In this document: positions 1-10,328 of the stretch, piece by piece
Position numbering within the stretch: position 1 is the stretch's first letter
Layout: each line of letters begins with the position of its first letter
Assembly (NCBI GenBank): GCA_020536535.1
Contig: JAHLWZ010000984.1
Span: 1 to 33,243 of the forward strand
DNA: 33,243 nucleotides
Source of the DNA: Pelomyxa schiedti
Lineage: Eukaryota > Protista > Evosea
Reading direction: 5' to 3'
Made by a program: the position numbers and the translations under genes
Notes under the pieces: generated by a model
What the model saw: only the letters and a program-made list of their open reading frames with translations
What the model was told of the DNA's origin: nothing
The model's database searches: none

Positions 1-157
1 ACTTTGTGTTCGTGGTGGTAGAGTGTTGTGGTTCACTTGGGAAACATGTTGTTCAGTTGTTTGAGCCAGTGTACAACACGAAAAACGTTGGGGGCACACG
101 ATTCCCACCATTTATTCATCCATTTACAAAATCGAAGAAATCCACATCAAAGTGACA

Positions 158-191
158 TGACACAAAGTGCGCCGCGGCGCACTTTGTGTCA
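158..191. repeat. Perfect 34-bp palindrome
   Basis: TGACACAAAGTGCGCCG|CGGCGCACTTTGTGTCA: two 17-bp arms that are exact reverse complements, with no spacer. Confidence 0.95.
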
Positions 192-339
192 CGAGTCGGT
201 TTCGCCAAAGGGCGCATTTGGCGCACAGTGTGAAGTTCTCCCCAACCTCACAACCATCATTGCACTGGGAACGTACATGTAAGAAAACGGACATATAAGC
301 AACACGCAATTCACCACACCTCCACCTGGGCATAGTTGA

Positions 340-1389
340 GATGGTAGTGGAGACACCTCAACGTACACAGGCTGCCTCATCAACAAGAAGTGCAACAGCC
401 GTGGAGCGTGGTCCCCCAGCCGCGAGTCCTACAACAGTGAGTGGCACGATGGCAGGATGCACGGCCGCGGCGCCTACATGTAGTGTGCAAATGAGGAGAA
501 GGCCGCTGGTACAAGGCACTACTAGTCTCGATCGCATTGACAATGATGGCGATTGTGATTATGGGAAGAACAGTGGTGGAACCACTACCACCACTTCTGC
601 TTCTTCTTCTGCTTCCACTTATTCTGGTTCTGTGGAAAAGGAGCTGATGGAGATGGTGTATGCAGGTGAGTGGGATGGCATGGAGTGGGGACTTGGAGGC
701 CAAGTGATTTTCCTGGTGACATGTACCATGGCCAGTGGGACCACAGCAATTGCACTGGGCTTGGGAGCATGTTATTCGGTGCAAGGGAAGGAGGGCAGAG
801 AGTGGGAGCAAGCTACGTTGGAGAGTTGAGGGATGGCAAGTTCCACAGGAGAGGGCCATGCAGCTGTGGACACACGGTGACAGGTACGATGGCCAGTTTG
901 AGTTTCAAAAACCAGATGGATGATGTGGGCCAGGGATGGGTCATCATTCACAGGGATGGGACAGGGGTGCATCACTGAAGGGAACAAGGATGTGGCCGAA
1001 TGGTGACAAGTTTGAAAGCACTGTTGTGTGAGCTTTAACACATTTGAAGAGAGAACTGGAGGTGGTGCTGACACCCCTCAGTTCGGGATGTACTGGAAAA
1101 GCAACTTTGCGACTGTGAGGCTGCCTGCAAGAAGGTTCTTGGGCAGACACTCACAGTTCAGAACAGCAATTTTGGGCAACCACCATCGACAAAGCACTGT
1201 TGTGTCATGTGTGCAGTGCGGGCACCAAATATCCAGTTCCAGCCATGTGGCCACGTTATCCTGTGCTCTGTGGTATGATTTTTCTTTTCTGTTGCCAAAC
1301 AACCAACAACAAAACAGTGTGCCACGACGGTTGTGGAGAGGTGCAAAGTGTGCTGCACTCCAATCAACCTCAAGACAGATCTCACATAA
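340..1389 (+). pseudogene. Degenerate MORN-repeat + C3HC4 RING E3 ligase gene
   Basis: MORN motifs are spread over several frames (TYTGCLINKKCNSRG, YNSEWHDGRMHGRG then TAG at 481, VYAGEWDG, GDMYHGQWDH, LWTHGDRYDGQF, WPNGDKF). A spliced RING follows: CVMC-AVRAPNIQFQP-CGH-VIL-CSV|C-ATTVVER-CKVC, intron 1273-1317, stop 1387-1389. The 5' limit is approximate. Confidence 0.85.
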
Positions 1390-1452
1390 AAATGTTACTG
1401 AACGAACCCAAGTGCACAGACGGCTGTCAATGATGAACGTCGCTTGGCACAC

Positions 1453-1468
1453 GATTTCCGCGAAGTGG
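1453..1468 (+). promoter_or_regulatory. Candidate CGCG-core promoter element upstream of A1
   Basis: GATTTCCGCGAAGTGG. A 15/16 match occurs inverted upstream of A2, and TTCCGCGAA occurs upstream of K2. Confidence 0.45.
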
Positions 1469-1580
1469 GTGTCAGGGTTTACGATGATGGCGTCGCTCAC
1501 AACAACCGAGACTGGTTTGTCACCCCACTTTTTCCTTCACTTTCATTCAGTTCGGGTTATAATAAAAACCAGGCATCGAA

Positions 1581-3980
1581 ATGCGAATTTGTCCCACCTC
1601 GTCTTTTTCTTCATCGTCATCATCATCATCGCCGTTCTCACCCTCATCACTGCATGTTCTCCAAGTTTCACGGGTTGTGTTGGACATGGTGGTGAGACCA
1701 GGCTGGCTCGACAACGACCGCAAACGCGAGCACAAAGTATGCAGGAACACGGACCTGTTCCGTGTCGGCGAGGCGATGTTCCCCCTGGTCGTGGTCGTGT
1801 GCTCCAGGGCAATTGCACTCTCCCGCTCTCGCGGCGAGCCCCGATACTCTGTGATCACGAGTGCTGCCAGTGTCCCTGCCCCTTGCTGCGTCGCTTGGCT
1901 CATCAACAACAGGGACTGGTGCTTCCACAGCCCCAACAGCATCAGCACAGTTGCTCTGCCACCCACAACCCAACCCACAGTCACAAAGTCAACTGAAAGT
2001 AAGAGCAGCAGAAGACACAGAGGTGTAACAACACGAGATGGTGGTGGAGTGGTGGTGGTGGAGCGACGTCGTGATTGGGGGGAGTCATTGTCTGCTGTGA
2101 AGGAGGTTGTGGCTGCACTCATGGGTTTGTGCATCGGTGGCCACCTGCTGATGGCCAAGGCAATGCTGGGATTTGGCCTAAATGATGGAGCAGTGACTAA
2201 TGGCGGGCAATGTTTGTGGGATGGGTGGGGTGTTGCGCGGTGGGGGTTGTTGAACAAGGAAGAGAAAAACGGATTGAGGGAAAAGGTGACTGAGTATGTG
2301 AGGGAAGATTGTGGCAATCTCATGTTCATGGACCAAGTGTGTGGAACTGGTGGCAACTTGGATGTTGTCAAGTGGTTGGTAGATGATGTGATTGGGGTTG
2401 GGGAGCACAGAAACAGGACAACGTTGCGTTTGGGTCTGTATGAGCCCCTGAAGACGTGCTTGGGGCGTGGGAAAATGGAAGTTTTCAAGTGGCTGTTTGA
2501 CAAACTTGAGATGGAGGGGGCCCAGTCACTATCCCAACTTGGGCATCGGGGCCTATTCTTTGCCTGTGCCCTGGGAGAGTGTCCTGGAAATTTCAAGTGG
2601 TGCCTTGAGAATTTACAGGTGGGAAACGGCAAGGAAAGTCTTGTTCAATTACTTCTGAAAAACAGGCACACGACTGTGAAGGATTGCCAATGGCTTGAAA
2701 GTGATATCTGTGAACATGGACTGAGCGATTGGCTCGTTCTTGAAGCAAATCAACAAGTTGAGGTTGCCAAGTGGCTTCTTACGTGGTTCCCCTCTGATAG
2801 GCTAGATGAGAACACATTTAATTGCCTCTGCAAAAATACTGGAGACACAGAACTCGTTGAGTCGTTGATAACAGAAAAGAATTGCAATCCAACAGCAGAG
2901 TCCTTTGCATCGGCCTGTTCAACATCAGCAAAGCATGGTTCATCACTTGCAAAGTGGCTTTCAACGAGGGTGACACTCTCAGAGTCTGACATCATACACT
3001 CCCTGGTTCAGGCACTCCTGTGGAACAACACTGAGGTTGCAGAATGGTTGGAGGGTACCTTCCACGTGATGCAGTCCATCAACGCCAATACAGAGATTGC
3101 AGGAAACGCATTGGAAGAGATATGCAAGGGGTGCCCGTACATTTTCAAAGAAAACTTGGATGGTTTGAAGTGGTTCATCAAGCACATCTCCTCACCTTCT
3201 TCACTGAAAATGAGTTCCATTCACAACGCTGTTTCCAGGGCATTGACGGTTTTCCTTTCCGATACTGCTGCATTTGTGTTGGAAAGCTTCCCGCAGTTTG
3301 ATCCTCACGTTGACCAAAAACTGTTTCGGGAGATCGCATTGGCCTTCATGAACTTCAACCTTCCTGCTCTGCAGCGGCTCTCCAAGTTGGTTTCTGCTGA
3401 TGACGGATCCTCGTCGTTGTTGACACCTTCACTCGCGGCACAGTGCCTCACATCCAGTGATTTCCACCCGTACTCCAGCAAGGCTGTCAAGTGGGTGATT
3501 CGCAAGTTCAACCTGAAGTACAACCACATCAGAGCCAATCACAACCTTCTGCTGCTCAAGTTATTGTCTCGGAAGAAGAACGGGTGTGCTCAGTGGCTTC
3601 TTGACTCCTTTGACATCCCTCTGAATGATGTATGGTTTTGTTTCGCTATTCTTTGTCCGTTTTAACCACAATGCCAAACAAAACAACAAAAGGTTGCTGA
3701 AATGGCTAGAACCTGCACTGCATCTGAAGCATCAATTGAATTTAATTGCCTTGACCTTGTTGGATGGAAGTTGCTTGAGAGGCATTACCCCACAATTGAT
3801 GCTGCCATGATTCGGCGTCACTTCATTCCAATGCTTTCCAAGTCACCACATGTGGCAATACACACCATCCACTCCTTTGGAATCACTCTCAATGAGTTCC
3901 GCAACTACGTGAAAACACAAAGCATTTATAGTGTTGCTGAAGCCACAAAGATTTGGCTGGGAATGCCCCTCTCTTCCTGA
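1581..3980 (+). CDS. Ankyrin-like/helical-repeat protein of unknown function, paralog A1 (2 exons)
   Basis: Long ORF, intron 3630-3692 (GTATGG...AAAAG), then last exon 3693-3980. Recurrent ankyrin-like motifs GNLDVVKWL, GKMEVFKWL, NNTEVAEWL, GDTELVESL. Close paralog at 13693-16040. Confidence 0.85.
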
Positions 3981-4146
3981 TGAAGATCCCACTCTCCGCA
4001 GGAAGGAATTTTTCCCTGCTTTTCCTTTGTCTTCAATCAAAAACAAACACAAACAAGTGAGTGCTGTCCCCGAGAGGGACAAAAACAACAGCAGCACCTT
4101 CTTTGACCTTGTAAAAAAATTATACACAATTTTCGGAACAACGACA

Positions 4147-4512
4147 ATGGCAACGAGGGCAACGTCTCCTGCAACGGTGACGATGGTTGTTGAACAAAAG
4201 TTGCCAGGCGGGGCAAGGTACACGGGTCGCCTCGTCAACAACAAGCGCGACGGCAGGGGCACCTGGACGGGCACGACCGGCGAGGCCTACGACGGCCACT
4301 GGTGCGACGACAGCCTGCACGGCCGCGGCCGGTACACCTGGCCCAGCGGCGACGCCAACGACGGCGAGTGGCACGCCGGCAAGCGCGACGGCTGGGGCGA
4401 GCACCGCCACGCCGACGGCGGCCGCTTCGAGGGCCTCTGGAGGGACGGCAGCTGGAAGAGGGGCGCCTGGCACAGCAAGAACGGCGTCGGCGTGTACGCG
4501 TTTTTCTGGTAA
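4147..4512 (+). pseudogene. Truncated MORN-repeat gene copy (5' part only)
   Basis: 4171-4498 matches 10362-10689 with 3 mismatches, then switches abruptly to unrelated sequence with a stop at 4510-4512. Confidence 0.85.
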
Positions 4513-4811
4513 ACAGTGTGCACACAGTTTGCAGCACGCCAACGGCCAACAGACACACCAATGTGCTTCCCACCCCAAAGATCAGGCACAGCCGTTTTTG
4601 ATTTGGAACGATCGATGTAGCGTACCATGGATCAGGAGGCCCTTGGACAGCCAAGGGATGGATGTGAGGCCAAAATAATGGTGTTGTGGTGTGTTGCGTC
4701 GCGGTGCGGTCACGTTGCGTTGCATTAGCCTTTGCCGTAATCGATACGGACCTTTCTGTGGTATTCCCTACCTCTCTCGCTTCTCCTCTTTTTAACTTTT
4801 TGTAGGTCGGG

Positions 4812-5440
4812 CCCGTTACATTTTGTTTGTATTCCTCAACTCAACCAGGCCAAAGCGGTCTGCAAGGCACCAGAAATAACATTTCACTGCCTCCGCGCAG
4901 TTCCAGCCACATTGCCGGCTGAAACTCAGGCAAGTGTCTCTTTTCTTTTTCTTTTTCCTTTTCTTTTTCTTTTTCTTTTTCCTTTTCCTTTTCCTTTTCC
5001 TTTTCTTTTTCCTTTTCCTTTTCCTTTTCCTTTTCCTTTTCCTTTTCCTTTTCCTTTTCCTTTTCCTTTTCCTTTTCCTTTTCCTTTTCCTTTTCCTTTT
5101 CCTTTTCTTTTCTTTCTTTTTTGGGACTGATTGTGCGTCACTCCTGATACTCCACATATCCTCTCTAGGCACCAAAGCATTACTCTCCAGGCTAGCCAGT
5201 TACTGTCACCAAGTATTAGCCCATTACATTTTGTTTGTATTCCTCACCTCAACTTAGGCCGAAGTGGTCTGCAAGGCACCAGGAATAACATTTCACTGCC
5301 TCTGCTCTGTTCCAGGCCGCCACATTGCCGGCTTAGCACATGTGTGTATTCTTTTCTTTTCTCAGTTCTGATAACCACTGTAGATATCTGGCAGTGGTGG
5401 GTTAGACAACTGATTGTGCGTCACTCCTGATACTCCTCTA
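4812..5440. repeat. Imperfect tandem duplication (2 units)
   Basis: About 4812-4920 resembles 5220-5332 (CC.TTACATTTTGTTTGTATTCCTCA...TCTGCAAGGCACCAG.AATAACATTTCACTGCCTC...CACATTGCCGGCT). ACTGATTGTGCGTCACTCCTGATACTCC occurs at about 5126 and again at about 5409. Confidence 0.85.
4940..5122 (+). repeat. (TTTTCC)n polypyrimidine microsatellite
   Basis: About 180 bp of pure T/C, with perfect CCTTTT units over about 5011-5106. Confidence 0.97.
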
Positions 5441-5736
5441 GGTCGCTAAGCACGCACCTTCATTCTGCCCCCACCCAACACTCCTGCAATGGAAATAAGT
5501 TATTCTTAGTAGTAACAACTATTATCATCAATCATGTGCGGTATTGTGGGAAAATGGGGGAGACTCACTCTCACTGACAGTAACACTAATACAAAGCTGT
5601 CAGATAGCCACCAATAACAAATACAAGCAACAAGTTTCACACCATGCACCTGCACCACAGTGCGTCTGCTCAGTTTGAATGGTTTTTGATAAAAAAGTCA
5701 CCAGTGTTCCTGACTTTGAAAAAAAGAAAAACAACA

Positions 5737-8700
5737 ATGGCAGCATCCCCTGTCTCACCGACCACGGTGGCGATGGTTGTTGATCAAAAGTTGACAAGCG
5801 GCGCAACCTACACAGGGCGCCTGGTAAACAACAAGTGCGACGGCAGAGGCACGTGCACGTGGCCCAACGGCACCACGTACTATGGTGAGTGGCACAACGG
5901 CAAGAGGGACGGGTGGGGGTACAAGATAGAGCGGTTCTCGCAGTTCGAGGGCCTGTGGAGGCACGGCAGGTGGAAGAGGGGAACGTTGCACCACAAGAAG
6001 GGCGTATATGTCTATAGTGGTGAGTGGGTGCTGAATGAAACAAACAAAAAAAGGAAATATTACCTGCAAGGGTGGGGTGTGAAAAGGAGGAGTAGGAGGC
6101 ACAGCACCGAACATGACGCGGAAACAACAACTACGGTGTATGAGGGTGAGTGGGACAGGGGCAAGTATCACGGATGTGGCACGTTGAGGTCATGTGATGG
6201 CTCAGGTGACATCTATCATGGCATGTTTGATCACGGCAAGAGGAGTGGGAAAGGGAGGATGCTGTTTGGTGACAACAACCAAGGAGGAGGCAGCTACGTT
6301 GGGGAGTGGAAGGATGACATGTTCCACGGTCTGGGTGTAAGACTGTGGGCAAATGGTGACAGGTATGATGGTCAGTGGGTGTGTGGCAAGGAGAACGGTG
6401 AAGGAACAAGCACGTGGGCACGTGATGGGAAATCGTTTGATGGTGTTTGCGAAGCGGGTGTAATCAAGTCGGGCACAATGAGGTGGCCAAATGGTGACCA
6501 GTTCTCAGGCACGTTCAGGGGGGATGGTGTTGGGGAAGGAACAGCCACATTCAGGAGTGGCAGTGGTGGGCCCACATCGGGGGTGTTTCTCCAAGTTGAA
6601 GGCACTCTGAAGGAAACTGGCGTTTTCCAGGGACAAGAGAACAGCAGCATCAGCCATTGCATGGGAGGTGGAAACGTGCAGATGGAAGTGTGTGTTGTTG
6701 AGGTCATTCATTCTTTTCAATTTTCAACAGATCAAAGAGAGAAAGCACAAAAATAAGATTCAATCGTTGAAACAAGAACTCCAACAAGTGAAACAGAAGC
6801 TGGACAAACAAACTGAGTGTGAGTGTGTTGTGGTCTCATCCTGCTTCTTTTCTCCAAGATTTAAAAAACCTTCACAATGTAGGCTTTGAGCACTTGTTGA
6901 AGCACATTCAACATGGTGTTTGGATGAAATCGATTGGACAAGGTGAGACACAAGATGATGTTCAAGTCTGTGTGATGAACAAGGTGTCAGTCACACTGGA
7001 AGGTCACAACACCACATTCCCTGAATCTGTTTGTTCATTGTGCCCATTGGACAAGGTACAACCAAAGAATGAAAAAAGTGTCTGATGAAGAATTAATTGT
7101 CCAAACACACAGGTCGTGAAGATGGAAGTTGAGAAGTTGTTCGGAGTGGATGAAAACCAACAAGTTGTCACTTTCTCCACCATTGATAAATCTGATGAGG
7201 TTGCACTCTCACTGTCATTGTCTGCCATGCCGTTATCTCAACTGGCATCCCATTTTCCTTTGGAGGATGTTCCAGGTTCTTTTTTTCTCCCTTCGTTGGC
7301 ATGACACAGTCAAACAACACAGAGGTGAAGGTGAGGATGATGCCAGTCATGGCCATCAAAGAAGAAGAACTGAAATTTGTGTCACCTTTGGGAAGTGGAA
7401 GCTACGGGTCAGTGGGCAAGTTCATCCACACTCCCACAGGCAGACAAGTTGCTGTGAAAACGCTTTATGACATCATTGCGTCAGACAGGAACATTGAGAG
7501 GTTCAGGCTTGAGGCAGAGGTATTTACATTCATCCATTCCTCACATTGCCAGTGTTTTCAGATGCAACATAATCAAACACACACAGATTGTGAGTGGGTT
7601 GAGGCACCCCAACATCCTGAAGTGTGTTGGAACATCAATCACCACTGGAACTGGAAAACTTCAGATTGTGTCAGAGCTCATGTGTTGCAGTCTCAGGCAA
7701 CTTCTGAAGCAGGTTTGATGACTTTGATTCTGGTTTTCTGTTCATTGCCACGACAATACATCTTCATCATCTCCAGAAGAAGCAATTGAGCGTCAATGAA
7801 GTAGCAGCCATTTCACTGAATGTTGCCAAAGGGATGGACAGCCTCCACAGGTTTGTAGTGTTGCATCCTAAAAAATTGGCATGGCATCCCCATTTCAAAC
7901 ATACTAGGCAAAACTTCATGCACCGTGACCTGAGCAGCAACAATGTTCTTTTTGACTCAAATGGAATCCCAAAGATTTGTGACTTTGGTAATTAACGTTC
8001 CCCCTTGATTCTTCCTACACAACACAAAGGTGAATCCCGAGCAATGGACACACAACAAGGAACAGCAAGAACCATTGTGCCTGGAACACAAGTTTACATG
8101 GCCCCACAAATGTTCACAACACATTATTCATTTGAAGGTTGCCCCCTTCTTCACAAGTGTCACTAGGGTTGTGCGGGATATAATAATAAATTAAATATCT
8201 CAAAAGATGTTTTACAAAAACCAGTTCTGTTTTTCTTTCTGTTTACTAAATATATGTTTTCAAAATAGGGGACATTTGGGGTTTTGGCATTCTGGTTTCA
8301 GAGATGCTGAATGGTGACATTGTTGGCTCTCCCTTTGACAGACTCCCTCTCCAGTCACAAGCAAACTTCATGACCGAACAGAAGAGATTGCTCTCACATA
8401 CAGAGGTTGAAGGTTTGAATCTCCTCTGTTAGTCTCTATGCCACTAAGGAACTAAACAGAAGTGGACAAACTGTGCCAGGAAATGCTGAGCCAGAAATCC
8501 AGTGACTCAGCGATTGCGAGTTGCCTCAGCCGTAGGAATGCTTCCCTTGATGCCGTGATCCGCGCCGCTCATTCCCCTGATTCCCTGATTATGTTGCCGG
8601 CAACAACAGCAGCAGCGGATCTCATCGTTCTTGTTGTTCAGTCATGCCTCTCCATCCTCGGTGTGTGGCGTTTGAGCTCCTTCTCACACCTATTTTATTT

Positions 8701-8937
8701 CACCCACCAACCAACCAACCAATCACACACACAGAGAGGAACCGGATGCCCTTCACTGTGATTTCCAAATTGCTGTTGTGTGTGTGCACCACAATCTTGT
8801 CGCACCACACAACAGGGGGTACTGCTGTTGATAGAGTGACAGATGACCGAGTCAACGAGTCCATCGAACGGTGGCTCAATGCACTCGCCCCTGCAATCCA
8901 CGCCACTTCATCACCCTCATCCTCATCACACTTGTAA
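5737..8937 (+). CDS. MORN-repeat + coiled-coil + ubiquitin-like + TKL-type protein kinase, paralog K1 (12 exons)
   Basis: Introns 6688-6730, 6819-6858, 7056-7112, 7276-7322, 7520-7586, 7713-7776, 7851-7907, 7988-8029, 8138-8268, 8413-8459 and 8661-8734 give an open frame. It contains MORN repeats, a Ubl-like segment (VKMEVEKLFGVDENQQVVTF, weaker call) and kinase motifs GSGSYG, VAVK, HPNI, HRDLSSNNVL, DFG, YMAPQ, DIWGFG. Confidence 0.9.
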
Positions 8938-9223
8938 CTCGAAAAAATTGAATTGATGGAGTTAGATGAGGAACAAAAAACAAAACAGATGGATCAGGTG
9001 CCGTAGGTTCAACCAGCGTTGAAGAAACTACCCGCGCATACGAACACAATCCTTTTTGTTGTGCAACGTCTTTTCTTGGTTTTTTCTTTTTAACGTTGTG
9101 TGGGGTGAAACACAAATAAGTAATTGGAGCTCGTACTTTTTTGTGTTTCACTCACGACTATGTGACCGGTTTGAAAAGCCTCCACCGGTTTGGGCATGCA
9201 ATCAATGCATAACACACGAAGGC

Positions 9224-9797
9224 AGGCAAAACTCCATGCACTGCCACTTGAACAACAATAATGTTCTTTTTATTCAAATGGAATTCCAGGCTTTGTGACT
9301 TTTGATAATGACCTCCGCTCCAAATTTCATTTCCACAAAATGAACAAAGGAGTTTCCTGAGAAATGGATCAGCAACAAGGAACAACAACAACAACAACAA
9401 CAACAACAGGAGCCATTGTGCCTGGAACTGTTGTTTACATAGCTCCATCGATGTTCACGACACATTAGTCAAAGGTTGCGGACAAACAACTTACAAATAC
9501 CCTTCTTTTAATCGGAAACATAAAAGAAGGACATTTGTACATTTGCATACTGTTGTATCTATTTTCACCAAATATTTACCTTTTTTTTGTTTTTAGGAGA
9601 CATCTCGGCATTCCTGTGGCCGAGATCCTGAATGGTGTCATTGTTGACTCCCCCTTTGACAAAAACTCCTGCTCCTCTCACAGGCAAACTTCATGATTGA
9701 ACAGAAGCGATTGCTCTCTCCGCCGGAGGTTGAAGGTTTGTTGTGTTATTCACACTGATCAAAACAAATCAAACATAGGTGGCCGAACTGTGCCGGG
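9224..9797 (+). pseudogene. Decayed fragment of the same kinase (about subdomains VIb-X)
   Basis: Collinear with K1 7908-8480: MHCHLNNNNVLF replaces MHRDLSSNNVLF, the segment is frameshifted, CCATTGTGCCTGGAAC and CAAACTTCATGATTGAACAGAAGCGATT are retained, and there is a (CAA)n expansion at about 9381-9408. Confidence 0.9.
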
Positions 9798-10099
9798 TTG
9801 TGTGTTTGAGCCACAAGCAAGGCATATCCACTTCCGCTTTCAAGCGGACTTATTTGGGGTTACAAGTTTGCCACAACCCAGCCTAAAAAACAGCGATTGC
9901 AATAAAGGAAGCACTACCGTTTTAAGTATGCCACATCCTCCTCCCACTTGGTGTTAGTTTTAATTAACATTCCGGCAACTGCATCGCAAACAGCACAAGT
10001 TGGCCCTCTCATTCCCTTTCGCTCTCGCCAAAGGTAAAAACCACCTTCATACCACACACCCCTCCCTCTCAGTCCACCTTCACGCCACATGTGCCTGCT

Positions 10100-10140
10100 G
10101 TCGCGACGACAAGGTGAACGGCCGCGGCGTGTACAGGCAG
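10100..10140 (+). pseudogene. Tiny MORN-repeat relic
   Basis: Translates as RDDKVNGRGVYR, compared with CDDSLHGRGRYT in K2. Very short. Confidence 0.4.
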
Positions 10141-10282
10141 GTACACAAACAACAACAATGTGGGAATGCTACCCTTTGCTCATCAAGGCACAAGAAAGGC
10201 TAAAAAGTTGCTGGATTTCTTATTCGATTTTACTCCTTTGTTATGTTGGTGGTTTGTCGTGCAGGCTCTGAGCCCAGATATC

Positions 10283-10305
10283 CCAATCAGAAGACCTTCC
10301 GCGAA
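10283..10305 (+). promoter_or_regulatory. CCAAT box + TTCCGCGAA upstream of K2
   Basis: CCAATCAG at 10283 and TTCCGCGAA at 10297-10305, with the ATG at 10329. Confidence 0.35.
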
Positions 10306-10328
10306 CTAATCGGTCCATTCTCACAACA

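Noticed and set aside
1028-1996. 322-aa ORF and other long overlapping or antisense ORFs in GC-rich segments (e.g. 10287-11030, 32688-33239)
   Set aside because: Shadow frames of real genes, with no recognisable motifs.
4816-5257. ORFs with KR, KG, FP or FL dipeptide repeats
   Set aside because: They are translations of the (TTTTCC)n microsatellite and are open in several frames only because the repeat contains no stops.
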